This document shows, one piece after another, positions 29,855-39,544 of a stretch of 64,000 nucleotides of DNA. Location: the NCBI GenBank assembly GCA_963804165.1, contig CAWDPO010000045.1:192001-256000 (forward strand). Reading direction: 5' to 3'. The DNA is from an uncultured delta proteobacterium. Lineage in GTDB: Bacteria; Desulfobacterota; Binatia; UBA9968. Position 1 is the first letter of the stretch; each line of letters starts with the position of its first letter. Both the position numbers and the translations under genes were made by a program. Below the pieces are notes generated by a model. That model worked only from the letters and a program-made list of their open reading frames with translations, did no database searches and was not told the DNA's origin.

Positions 29855-30868
29855 ATGACGCAGACGTTTCACCTCCATTTTTTAACGGTATTATTCGCCC
29901 GAGCGCTAACGGTTCTGGCCCTGGTTACTGTGCTTGTGTCGCACGCCTCAAGCCAAGACAAGCGCTCCAAAGTCCGCATCTCCAACGCCGGTTTTACAAT
30001 CACCGCGCTGCCGTTATTGGCGGCCAAAGATTGGGGCAAGTTTACCGCTAGCGGTTTGGACGTGGAGTTGATCGTCATGAGCCCATCCATCGCCGCGGCG
30101 GCGCTGGCGCAGGGCGATATCGATTATGTCGCCGGCGTCGGACCGGCCTCAGTCGCGGCGACGCTGAGCGGTTTGCAGTCGCGGGCGATCTGGTTTTCCT
30201 CGGACCGGATCTCCTACTGGCTGCTGGCGCCGTCCCCATACAAAACTCTGGACTCGCTGAAAGGCAAGAAAATCGCCATCTCTGGAGGAGCCGGCGGCAC
30301 GAACCACGTGGCGTTGATGATCGCGTTAGAAAAGTCGGGCGCCAACCCGAAAGACTTCACGATGGTCGGTATCCCCGGACAGCAGCTTCAGGTTTATTAT
30401 TCACTTGAATCCGGCTTCGTCGACGCCGCGCTGTTATCGCCGCCAGTGACCTTCGGCGCGGTGAAAAAGGGTTACTACAAAATCATGGACGTGGGCGCGA
30501 TGGTGGAAATGCCCGGCGGCGGCTTGACCGCAATGATCAAGACCATTCAGTCAAGGCCGGCGGAAGTGAAACGCGTCATTCATGCACTCCAGTCGGCCAA
30601 GGACGAGATCAGAAAATCCAAGCCGAAGACCGTCGAGTTGATCGTCAAGCTTTTAAAGATGGACAAGGAAGCCGCGAGCGAAACCTACGACGCGTTTCAA
30701 ACAACCTTGAGCCCGAATGGTGTTCCAAACCGAGCCGGTATCGACAACCTGGTTCGATCTCTCCAAGCGCAAGGCCGCTTCACCGATCGCAAGGTCGCGT
30801 TCACCGACGTCGCGGATGACCGCTTAGCGGCGGAAGTAGCGAAGGAATTGGGATACAAAATGCCGTGA
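29855..30868 (+). CDS. ABC substrate-binding protein, NMT1/SsuA-like (tandem paralog of 28680)
   Basis: Shares RISNAGFTITALPLLAAKDWG, VEMPGGGLTA and ADDRLA.EVAKELGYK with the upstream gene. Confidence 0.85.
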   Translation: MTQTFHLHFLTVLFARALTVLALVTVLVSHASSQDKRSKVRISNAGFTITALPLLAAKDWGKFTASGLDVELIVMSPSIAAAALAQGDIDYVAGVGPASVAATLSGLQSRAIWFSSDRISYWLLAPSPYKTLDSLKGKKIAISGGAGGTNHVALMIALEKSGANPKDFTMVGIPGQQLQVYYSLESGFVDAALLSPPVTFGAVKKGYYKIMDVGAMVEMPGGGLTAMIKTIQSRPAEVKRVIHALQSAKDEIRKSKPKTVELIVKLLKMDKEAASETYDAFQTTLSPNGVPNRAGIDNLVRSLQAQGRFTDRKVAFTDVADDRLAAEVAKELGYKMP

Positions 30869-30894
30869 TCCCCCTCCTGCATCCTCGCCGCGAC

Positions 30895-31026
30895 GAGACT
30901 TTGTCGTAATGTCATCCTGAGGCAATAGCCGAAGGATCTCGTCTTCGTAAGCAACAGGAAATGCGAGATTCTTCGCTGGCGCTCAGAATGACATTCATGG
31001 GAGTTTTGCTATTGCGACACAGTAGC
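30895..31026. mobile_element. MITE (132 bp), degenerate sister of 24457-24586
   Basis: GAGACTTTGTCGTAA ... TTGCGACACAGTAGC, flanked by GAC on both sides; same internal palindrome pair. Confidence 0.65.
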
Positions 31027-31111
31027 GACATCGAGAGGAAAGAGGTGGGGGCCTACTAGCTATGCTGAACAACCGTCAAAGAGTTAATAAAAACCTAAAG
31101 GCAAAAGCACC

Positions 31112-32505
31112 ATGGAAAAAATGAATTCTGATGTCCTCATCGTCGGCGCCGGCTTGGCCGGATTTACCGCGGCTGTCCGCGCTTCCGAGCAAGGCAGCAA
31201 TGTTTTGTTGATCGACAAGAGCAACGGCGAATTGGGTGACGGCAATGTCTTGATGGCCTCCGGCAGCCTGCGCGCTGGCGGAAAGAGCCCGAGAACGAAT
31301 CCCAACGAGCTTTACGATTTCGTCATGGCCGAAGGCGTTGGCAACCCCGATCTTGTTCGAGCTTGGTCAGAAACTTGCGGACGCGCCGTCGACTGGTTGA
31401 TCAGCAGCGGGGTCAAAGTGGATGAAAGCGCGCCCGGCAGAGTCTGGCTCGATCAGTCCGGTGAAGTTTCCCTAGCTCCGGTTTATAAAAAAGATGTCGG
31501 CACTCGCGCTCTCGCTAAACTCAAAGAGCGTTTCGTAAATCTCGGCGGACGCTATTTGAACGGTGTCGCGGCAGAGCGATTAATCGTTGAGAATGGTCGC
31601 GTTGGTGGCGTTATCGGCAAGCAGGCGGGCGATGAAATCGAATTGCAAGCGCGCGCAATCATCCTTGCCACCGGCGGCTTCAGCGCCAACAAAGAAATGG
31701 TCAAGCGATACATCGGACCGCACGCCGATGAATGCAAACTGCGCGGCTCGAAGCAGGACACCGGCGACGGCTTACGCATGGCGCTCGCCGCCGGCGCGAG
31801 GGCGGTCAATTTAAAATATTTCTATGGCCATCTGATATCGCGCAAAGCGCTCGTCGACGACCGGTTCTGGCCTTATCCACGACTCGATTCTTTCGTCGAC
31901 GAAGGAATACTCATCGACCGTAACGGTAACCGCTTTGTCGACGAGGGACGCGGCGACGTCGCGGTCGCCAATGAACTGGCGCGCTCGGAGGATGTCACCG
32001 GTGCCGTCCTGATCTTTGACCAGGAAAGTTGGGACGCCGCGAGAGACGATGCATTTTCCAATTTGGTAAAGACACCTGCTCCAAATCCTTGGCTTGGACA
32101 ATGAAGGCGAAATATTCTCCGACCGACGATCGCCGGATCTGGCGAAAACAATCGCCATCGATCACGGATCGTTTAACTGCGATGCTGAAGCGATTACAAT
32201 CGCGCCATCGAGTCGGGTACAGGCAATTCGCTATCGCGTACGCACGAACCGGCAAGCCGAAGCTGATGCGGGCGCCTTACTACGGCTTGAGAGTCGTCCC
32301 CGGCATCACGTTCACGATGGGTGGAATCTTAGTAAACGGCCGTGCTGAAGCCCTCGATGAATCTGAAAAACCAATTCAAGGTCTTTACGCCGCCGGCGAC
32401 GCCATCGGCGGTCTCATGGGCGGCTACCGCGGCGGCTATACCGGTGGTCTCATGCAAGCCGTCGTGACGGGTATTCTCGCGGGAGAAAACGCGGCGCAGG
32501 CGTAG
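31112..32505 (+). pseudogene. FAD-dependent oxidoreductase (FAD_binding_2, TcuA/flavocytochrome-like), frameshifted at about 32095-32245
   Basis: DVLIVGAGLAG; ILATGGF; GNRFVDEG; C-terminal PGITFTMGG and GLYAAGD lie in another frame. Could be sequencing error. Confidence 0.75.
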
Positions 32506-32583
32506 GCATAAGAGTCAATCGAAAAAACTGACTTGCCTCCCCCAGGGCATGTCTCTAGCGGAATGATCAAATCAAGACTTCGC

Positions 32584-32615
32584 CTGGATTCCCGCTTAAA
32601 GCATGTGGGAATGAC
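32584..32615. repeat. GGATTCCCGC...GGGAATGAC palindromic repeat
   Basis: CTGGATTCCCGCTTAAAGCATGTGGGAATGAC. Confidence 0.5.
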
Positions 32616-32662
32616 GGACTTCGGAAAAAACTAAAAGGGACCGCAACAGCGCGAGGTGATCG

Positions 32663-33670
32663 ATGCTTCGTAGATTGATTTTGCATTGCTTGTTCAGAAC
32701 GCTCGCGGCCGCGAGTGTTATTGCGGGCGTATCGGCGGGCGTTACGCCCGCATTCGCCCAAGAGCCAAAAACCAAAATCCGGATCGCCAACTCGGCCATG
32801 AGCGTTACCTCGCTGCCGTTGCTCGCGGCGCGTGAATGGAAACTATTTTAGCCGAGCGCGGACTCAAGTTGAAATTATTCTCATGTCGCCGGCGATCACC
32901 GTGCCGGCGATGATTTCCGGCGAGATCGATTATTTCGCCGGCGTCGGTCCGGGCGTCGCGAGCGCGAGCTTAAGCGGATTGCCGCTTTCGCGCCGTTTGG
33001 GTTTCGTCCGATAAAGTGTCCTATTCATTGATGGCGAATCCGAAATTCAAAAACTTGCAAGATCTCAAAGGGAAAAAAATCGGCGTGACCGGAAGTTTGG
33101 GCGCTACCAACCACGTCTCGCTGGTCATCGCGCTGGAAAAACTCGGCATGTCGCCAAAGGATTTTAATATTCTGGCGCTACCGCCGCACCGAGATGCTGC
33201 GCTCTCTTGAAAGCGGCTTTCTCGACGCCGCGTCCCTCAACCCACCGACTTTATTCCTCGCGCAGAAGAAAGGGTTTCCCAACATTCTCGATATCGGCTC
33301 GCTCGTCGAGATGCCCGGCGGCGGCTTAACTGTTATGATCAAAGACATCAAAGCCAAGCCCGATGAAGTAAAGCGGGTGATTCGCGCAATGCAATCGGCT
33401 AAAGACGCCATGCGCAAATCCAAAGACAAGAGCGTCGAGCTGATGATCCGGGTGTTAAAAATGGACCAGGAAAGCGCCGCGGGAACCTACGAGGTATTTT
33501 TGAAAACTCTGAGTGTTGACGGCGTTCCCACGCGTGCCGGCATCGAAAATCTGATCGAAGTCGATTCAGGCGCAGGGCCGGTTCGTTGATAAGAAACCGT
33601 CATTCACGGACGTCGCCGACGATCGCTTGGCGAAAGAGGTCGCTAAGGAGTTAGGCTACAAAGTGCAGTA
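32663..33670 (+). pseudogene. NMT1/SsuA-like substrate-binding protein with four frameshifts
   Basis: Fragments 32663-32851, 32832-33014, 33016-33210, 33194-33589 and the tail DDRLAKEVAKELGYKVQ align consecutively to the 28680/29855 paralogs. Confidence 0.8.
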
Positions 33671-33808
33671 ACTGAATTTCCGCCTGACCGGTTAACGAAA
33701 ACTCTCTGGGCAGCTGCTCAAAAATAGTCATATGCGAGGCACGCGACGGTCGATGAGCGGAGGCGTACTCCGGTCGTACGTCCACGCGAAATCGGACGAG
33801 CGCAACGA

Positions 33809-35464
33809 CAGACTGTGTGAAAACTCTTTGAGCTTTCGGCGTATGCGTGGGCGACGATTGAGCGGCTCATTGAATTCGCCTGTCACCTTTAAAACCGCGA
33901 CTCCTCAGCTGAGGATCCCGTCTTCTTAGATAACGGCCTCCATCATTTTCCTTACTCCGAGAATATTCATCACTCGCCTGAGGTTGTATGCCAGTATTGT
34001 CAGACTCGTCTCGGTGCCGACCTTGCTTAATCCCCGCATCAGAAAGTAACCCTGGTTCATCGCCCGTTTGATGGTGCCAAAAGGATGCTCCACGAGACAC
34101 TTGCGTAACTCTGCCTTCTCGGGATGCTCCGTCATTCGCCGGGCCATCGCTTCCAAAATCGCTTCATCGACCCAGCGTGTGATCCGCCGCCTTCCCCTTT
34201 TGTTGATGCTACACTTGGACTTTAACTCACAGCTGTTACAGCCATAGATCTCGTAGGAGTGCACCGCCCGACCCTGCTCCACACTGTCAAAGCGGTAGCT
34301 CAGCTCTTTTCCCGCAGGACACCTGTAGCAGTCCTTTTGTGGCTCATAGATAAAGTCCTCTTTAGTAAACAGTCCGCGCTTAAGGTTCGATGAATTATTG
34401 GGCTTAGGGACGTAAACCGTCATCCCTGACTGCTGGCAGGCTTTCAGTTCTTCCCCGCTGTAGTAACCCCGGTCGGCCACTACCTCTAGACTCTGTACGC
34501 CGAGCGTCTCTTGGGCCTTCTTTGCCATCGTGGACAGTTGCCCTTGGTCGGTGACTTCATTGGTCACCTCGTGCTCCACCACCAACTTGTGCTTGTGATC
34601 CACCACGATCTGCACGTTGTAGCTGACCTCCACCCCGTGCCCTACACGCATCGAGCGGCTCTGCGGATCTGTCAATGATATTTGACTCTCTGCACTGCCT
34701 TCCAGATCAGTCTTTAACTGCTCATACTGCGCTCGGCGCTGCTTGTATTGTTCGATCTTCTCCGTGAGTTGTTCTGAACTCACACCCCGTTGCCCGGCTT
34801 CCTGCTTATCCTGTTGATCCAATTGCTTAAGATACTGATCGATCTTACCGTCGATCTCTTTTATCATCCGCCTAAGCTTTTTTTCTGTGAAGTTGCGCTT
34901 GGGACTATTAACCGCTCCAAATTTGCTGCCGTCGATGGCCACCAACTCGCTCCCAAACAGCTCTAGCCGCTTACACCACAGCGTGAACTCTCGACATACC
35001 TTCTTGATCCCTTGAGCATTATCCTTGCGAAAGTCCGCGATCGTCTTAAAGTCCGGCCTAAGCTTGCGCATCAGCCACATCACCTCCACGTTGCGCCCGG
35101 CTTCGGTTTCTAGCCGCCGACTCGAGCGCGTCCGATTCAGATACCCGTACACATACAGCCGTAAAAGATCTCCTGGATCATACGGCGGCCGTCCCGTATC
35201 CTTCGGGATCGCCTTTTGAAATCCCATCCCCGAAAGGTCCAGTCCTTCGATAAATACATCGATGAACCGAACCGGATTTTCCTCACTGATGTAGTCGTCC
35301 AGCACCTCTGGAAACAACACCGTCTGCTTACGATCTTCTCCCTCAATGTATCCCATCCAACATCTCCCTTGATCTCAACGTTGGATGATTCTACATTCGA
35401 ACGATCCATTTATGAACAATATTCTCTGTCACTATGGTTCTAAACGGAGTTTTCACACAGTCTG
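33809..35464 (-). mobile_element. Complete IS1182-family element (1656 bp)
   Basis: Perfect 18-bp TIRs CAGACTGTGTGAAAACTC / GAGTTTTCACACAGTCTG; ACGA duplication at 33805-33808 and 35465-35468. Confidence 0.93.
33926..35356 (-). CDS. IS1182 family transposase
   Basis: GRPPYDP..LL.LY.YGY; PDFKTIADFRKDN; IDGSK; SLTDP; ADRGY; VEHPFGTIK; AYNL.R. Confidence 0.95.
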   Translation of the reverse strand: MGYIEGEDRKQTVLFPEVLDDYISEENPVRFIDVFIEGLDLSGMGFQKAIPKDTGRPPYDPGDLLRLYVYGYLNRTRSSRRLETEAGRNVEVMWLMRKLRPDFKTIADFRKDNAQGIKKVCREFTLWCKRLELFGSELVAIDGSKFGAVNSPKRNFTEKKLRRMIKEIDGKIDQYLKQLDQQDKQEAGQRGVSSEQLTEKIEQYKQRRAQYEQLKTDLEGSAESQISLTDPQSRSMRVGHGVEVSYNVQIVVDHKHKLVVEHEVTNEVTDQGQLSTMAKKAQETLGVQSLEVVADRGYYSGEELKACQQSGMTVYVPKPNNSSNLKRGLFTKEDFIYEPQKDCYRCPAGKELSYRFDSVEQGRAVHSYEIYGCNSCELKSKCSINKRGRRRITRWVDEAILEAMARRMTEHPEKAELRKCLVEHPFGTIKRAMNQGYFLMRGLSKVGTETSLTILAYNLRRVMNILGVRKMMEAVI

Positions 35465-35495
35465 ACGAAGCAGATGGCCGTTTTTCAGCAGGCAG

Positions 35496-36488
35496 TTAGG
35501 CTTCCGCTTCTTCCCTGTACAGCCCCAGCGCCTCCGTCGACGGCCGGTCATTGATCGAAAACAGGATCGCGTCCTCGCCACTCGTGTTCTCGTGCGAATG
35601 CCACTGCCATGACGGCACCACGAAGATATCCCCCCTGTCCCAGTTGAATTCGTTAGCCGAGACCTTGGTCATCCCCTGCCCGCGGAAGGAGTAATAAACG
35701 GTTGTACTGGTGTGGCGGTGGGTTTTGGTTTTTTCGTGCGGCCGCAGCAGCTGGATCGAGCAGGAACAGGTCGGCAGCGTATGTCCGCCGTCCACGGGGT
35801 TGGTATATTCCAGGAGCACCCCGTCGTAGGGGTCGCCGGCGCTTTCTTTGAGCGCCTGCAAGCTCGCGTTGGTTTCTTCCCAGGGATAACGATAGGGCGG
35901 CGCTTGGAAACTATTCTTGATCCAGGTTGGGCGCGCGTGGCCGAAAACTTTCGATGCGAAGTTATCCGGTCTTTCGATCGGTTGTTGTTCCTTATTAAAA
36001 TTCTCCTGGATCATCGCGCCGAAATGCGTCACTAGACGAACGTCCAAGCCATCGAGCCACACGACCGGCTCGTCGGAACCGTTGAAATGGTCGTGCCAGG
36101 TCCAGTTCGGCGTCGTGATGAAATCGCCTTCGAACATCGGGAACCGTTCGCCCTCGACGATCGTGTAGGCATTGGGCGTGCCTTTGACGATAAAGCGGAT
36201 CGCCGCCGCGGTGTGGCGGTGCGCCGCTGCAACCTCACCCGGCTTCACGAGCTGCACGGAAATATGCACCGTATTGGTCATGCCCGCGGCGAGCCCGGGA
36301 TTTCTCATCTGGATCGTCCGCCGCCCCGCCTCGCCCGTGGTGATCAACTCGCCGGACCAGTTGAGCGCCTGCATGATCTCGTCACCCTTCCACAAAAAGG
36401 GCTTCACAGTCTGTGACCAATCCGAATGCTCCCAGTGGCCTTTTAAGTTCCTGTCCTTCATCCACTGACTGAGTTCTTGCAAATCCAT
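35496..36488 (-). CDS. Gentisate 1,2-dioxygenase-like bicupin
   Basis: HRHTAAAIRF; TPNWTWHDH; WLDGLD; HRHTS; VPSWQWHSH. Confidence 0.85.
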   Translation of the reverse strand: MDLQELSQWMKDRNLKGHWEHSDWSQTVKPFLWKGDEIMQALNWSGELITTGEAGRRTIQMRNPGLAAGMTNTVHISVQLVKPGEVAAAHRHTAAAIRFIVKGTPNAYTIVEGERFPMFEGDFITTPNWTWHDHFNGSDEPVVWLDGLDVRLVTHFGAMIQENFNKEQQPIERPDNFASKVFGHARPTWIKNSFQAPPYRYPWEETNASLQALKESAGDPYDGVLLEYTNPVDGGHTLPTCSCSIQLLRPHEKTKTHRHTSTTVYYSFRGQGMTKVSANEFNWDRGDIFVVPSWQWHSHENTSGEDAILFSINDRPSTEALGLYREEAEA

Positions 36489-36636
36489 AGATTCCTCCCG
36501 TGCATCAAAAGCGCCCGCCGAGACTTCTCAATACAAACGACGCAGAAGCCTGTCAAGCCAAACGCGGCGTTCGACTAATTTGAAGCTCCGGAAATTTGGC
36601 GGCGCTGGCGAACTGGGAGCGCGAGGAAAGGGGCAA

Positions 36637-37041
36637 TTACTGGCGCGATCTGAATCGGTTCAAGCGTCCGAATGTGGAGACCGATCGGCGTGCGATCCGC
36701 CAAATCTGAGAAAGATAGCGGCCGTGACGGGGCGGATGGATTGAGGGGGCTACATTGAGCTCTTCTACCGCCCGATCGATGATCGACTTGGCGGCGACCA
36801 AGGCCCAACTGTCGGCATCGACCTGGTTTGGAAAAGTAAGTTGCTCGGCGGCAAAACAATGGGCAAAGCTCTGCACCCATAACTTTCGGTGCCCCCGGTC
36901 AGTGCGGAGCCAAACACAAGCCTCAGGAAGCCAGGCCTGCTGGCAGACCTCGTACGAAGCTGCTCTTATGCCGCAGCCCCGATGTTCCAATGTCTGACTG
37001 ATTAGGTTCTCGTCAAAATCCAACAGACTGCTCCATGCCAA
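36637..37041 (-). CDS. Hypothetical protein
   Basis: 134-aa ORF filling the gap, preceded by a sigma54-like motif. Confidence 0.5.
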   Translation of the reverse strand: MAWSSLLDFDENLISQTLEHRGCGIRAASYEVCQQAWLPEACVWLRTDRGHRKLWVQSFAHCFAAEQLTFPNQVDADSWALVAAKSIIDRAVEELNVAPSIHPPRHGRYLSQIWRIARRSVSTFGRLNRFRSRQ

Positions 37042-37076
37042 ATAAATGAAATTTCAGTGTCGGTAACACCTATTGC

Positions 37077-37091
37077 GCAAAGGATATACCA
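37077..37091 (-). promoter_or_regulatory. Sigma54-like promoter
   Basis: Minus strand TGGTAT-ATCCT-TTGC. Confidence 0.45.
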
Positions 37092-37233
37092 ATGGCCGCT
37101 TTGGCAATTCCTAGGATTTGAGTGTAAGACTTCGCCAAACGACCAGCAAAATTGCACCCGACCGGGCGCCCACCGTGCAATTTTTATCAACCGTTGTACG
37201 GCTTGGTTTGACAGGGTTGCCCAATCGTGAAAA

Positions 37234-38493
37234 GTGAAGCGATCGATGAAACTTCTACCCGTCAGTTGTGACTTATGGTCGCGTCCGCTCTTTGTTGCGT
37301 TTCTCGGGGTTTTCTTACTGTCGGGCTGCCTAATCGACCCAATTGGTGGCGCTTTCTCGAAACAGCCCGAAGAACTCGAAGGTGGAGCATCGCAGGCGAC
37401 GCGCAAGCTCATCGATCAGGCCTTCGAAGGCATCGATCCCGCCCGGCTCGTCGACTTTCACACCCATATGCTCGCTATCGGCACGAGCGCCGCAGACGCC
37501 TTCGTCAATCCGAAGATGCGCGACGGGATAAATCTCCAACGATTGAAGTTTCTGATCTATGTCAGCGGCGCCGGCGTCAGGAATATCGAGAATGCCGATC
37601 AGGAATACGTCGAGCGCCTGCTGCGTTTAACCCGCGGCATCAAACGGCACGGCAAGTACCGCATCCTGGCCTTCGACCAACATTACAATGCCGACGGTAC
37701 GGTGGATCTCAAGAAGACCAACATGTACGTGCCCAACCGATATGTCGTCGAACTCGCGGGAAAAAACCCCGATGTTTTTACACCGATCGTTTCGGTCCAT
37801 CCCTACCGCCACGATGCGTTGGAGGAACTCGAAACTTGGGCGAAGGCCGGCGTCAAGCACGTCAAGTGGCTTCCCAATGCGATGGGTATGGACCCGTCAA
37901 ATAAATTGATCGAACCGTTCTATCGCAAGATGAAAGAGCACGACATGATCCTCCTGTCCCACGCCGGTGAGGAGCAGGCGGTGGAAGCCGAGGAGGATCA
38001 AAAGCTCGGCAACCCGCTGCTTTTACGCCAACCGTTGAATCTGGGCCTGCGCGTGATCATCGCCCACGCCGCTAGTCTGGGCAGTTGCGATGACCTCGAC
38101 AACCGCACGGCAACGAAAGTGGAATGCTTTGATCTCTTTTTACGGATGATGGACGAACCTAAACATGTCGGTCTGCTGTTCGGGGAAATCTCCGCGATGC
38201 TCCAGTTCAATCGCATGCCGGTTCCCTTCGCCACTCTTCTGAAGCGCCAGGATTTGCATTCTCGCCTCGTTAACGGCAGCGACTATCCGCTGCCAGCGAT
38301 CAATTCTTTGATCTGGACTCGATCACTAGCACGCAGCGGCTTCATCACCGCCGAAGAGCGCCAATCGCTCAACGAAATCTACGACTACAACCCGCTGCTC
38401 TTTGATTTTGTGGTGAAGCGCACGATGCGCCATACGGAGACAAAGCAGAAACTCGCCGCATCGGTGTTTATGGAGAACCCGGGGCTGGAATGA
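37234..38493 (+). CDS. Amidohydrolase family lipoprotein
   Basis: Lipobox LLSGC; DFHTH; SVHPYR; HAG.E; IAH; NGSDYP. Confidence 0.85.
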   Translation: MKRSMKLLPVSCDLWSRPLFVAFLGVFLLSGCLIDPIGGAFSKQPEELEGGASQATRKLIDQAFEGIDPARLVDFHTHMLAIGTSAADAFVNPKMRDGINLQRLKFLIYVSGAGVRNIENADQEYVERLLRLTRGIKRHGKYRILAFDQHYNADGTVDLKKTNMYVPNRYVVELAGKNPDVFTPIVSVHPYRHDALEELETWAKAGVKHVKWLPNAMGMDPSNKLIEPFYRKMKEHDMILLSHAGEEQAVEAEEDQKLGNPLLLRQPLNLGLRVIIAHAASLGSCDDLDNRTATKVECFDLFLRMMDEPKHVGLLFGEISAMLQFNRMPVPFATLLKRQDLHSRLVNGSDYPLPAINSLIWTRSLARSGFITAEERQSLNEIYDYNPLLFDFVVKRTMRHTETKQKLAASVFMENPGLE

Positions 38494-38503
38494 GATGTAA
38501 GAA

Positions 38504-38563
38504 TTGGAATGTTGGAGTAATGGAGTGGTGGAGTGATGGGCGATCGGAAAACCCAATACTCCA
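38504..38563 (+). repeat. TGGAGTNN octamer repeat element, copy 1
   Basis: TTGGAGTAATGGAGTGGTGGAGTGATGGGCGATCGGAAAACCCAATACTCCA; near-identical copy at 39100-39173. Confidence 0.7.
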
Positions 38564-38649
38564 ATCTTGCCGCCTCATGCTCGGTCAATTCGTCGCATCC
38601 ACCCACAGTGACTCATTTTCAATATGAAGGCGGAATGATTGCGACACCG

Positions 38650-39006
38650 TCAGACTTTTGCGGGGAGCAGGCGCTGAATGGTTGCGGTTAAAATCTCTGG
38701 ATCTATGGGTTTCTGAATAAACTCGGCGGAACCCTCCAAAATAATTTTTGCCGCGCTGTCGGAGAGATAACCTGAGATTACTATTATCGGTATGTTAGGC
38801 GCTTTGGAGTGAATTAGGTCAACTAGATTGAGGCCGTGTAGCCTCGGGAGGACAAGATCTGCAATCACAAGATCGAAGGCTCCCTCGGCAAATAGCTCCA
38901 GTGCTTCGGCCCCGTCTTTGGCTTCGGCGACCTGGTAACCGATGGTGCGTAGTAGCTCGGAATATGCGCGGCGGCTCAGGGCGTCGTCTTCAACGAAAAG
39001 TATCAT
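38650..39006 (-). CDS. Single-domain response regulator
   Basis: ILFVEDD; DLVIADLVLP..HG; IQKP. Confidence 0.9.
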   Translation of the reverse strand: MILFVEDDALSRRAYSELLRTIGYQVAEAKDGAEALELFAEGAFDLVIADLVLPRLHGLNLVDLIHSKAPNIPIIVISGYLSDSAAKIILEGSAEFIQKPIDPEILTATIQRLLPAKV

Positions 39007-39099
39007 TTTCCGTCACACATCCATCTGCACGCTTTTCTCAATCTGAGTAGCTTGTTTCGCGTTCCGAGGCAAGACGGGACTGGAAAACTGAAAACAGAC

Positions 39100-39173
39100 T
39101 GGAGTATTGGAGTAATGCAGTGGTGGAGTGATGGGCGGTCGAAAAACCCAATACTTCCAGTACTCCATCATCC
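39100..39173 (+). repeat. TGGAGTNN octamer repeat element, copy 2 (palindromic)
   Basis: TGGAGTATTGGAGTAATG...CCCAATACTTCCAGTACTCCA. Confidence 0.7.
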
Positions 39174-39184
39174 AACCCTTCCCC

Positions 39185-39532
39185 TCATCCCTTCACGCAC
39201 ACCACCTGTCTCAGCGTGTGGACGATCTCGATTAAATCTTTCTGCGCGTTCATGACATCTTCGATGGGTTTGTAAGCCATCGGCGTCTCATCGATCACAT
39301 CCTTGTCCTTGCGGCACTCGACGCCGGCGGTGGCCTTGATGTGATCGTCGATGCTGAAGCGCCGCTTCGCTTCGTTGCGCGACATCGCCCTGCCCGCGCC
39401 GTGGCTACACCAGTGGAAACTCTCATCGTTCCCCAGCCCGCGCACGATATACGAGCGCGCGCCCATGCTACCGGGGATGATGCCCATGTCACCCTTGCCG
39501 GCGCGCACGGCGCCTTTGCGCGTGACAAAGAC
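39185..39532 (-). pseudogene. rtcB: RtcB RNA ligase, C-terminal fragment only
   Basis: [11 protein letters not shown]...IIPGSMG..SYIV..SHGAGR.MSR...DETP.AYK.I..VM..Q.DL...L....CVKG; N-terminal part absent. Confidence 0.88.
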
Positions 39533-39544
39533 TTGGTGACCATA

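Noticed and set aside
38504-39173. CRISPR array from the short repeats
   Set aside because: Units are 6-9 nt tandem or two isolated copies, with no constant repeats separated by unique spacers and no cas genes.
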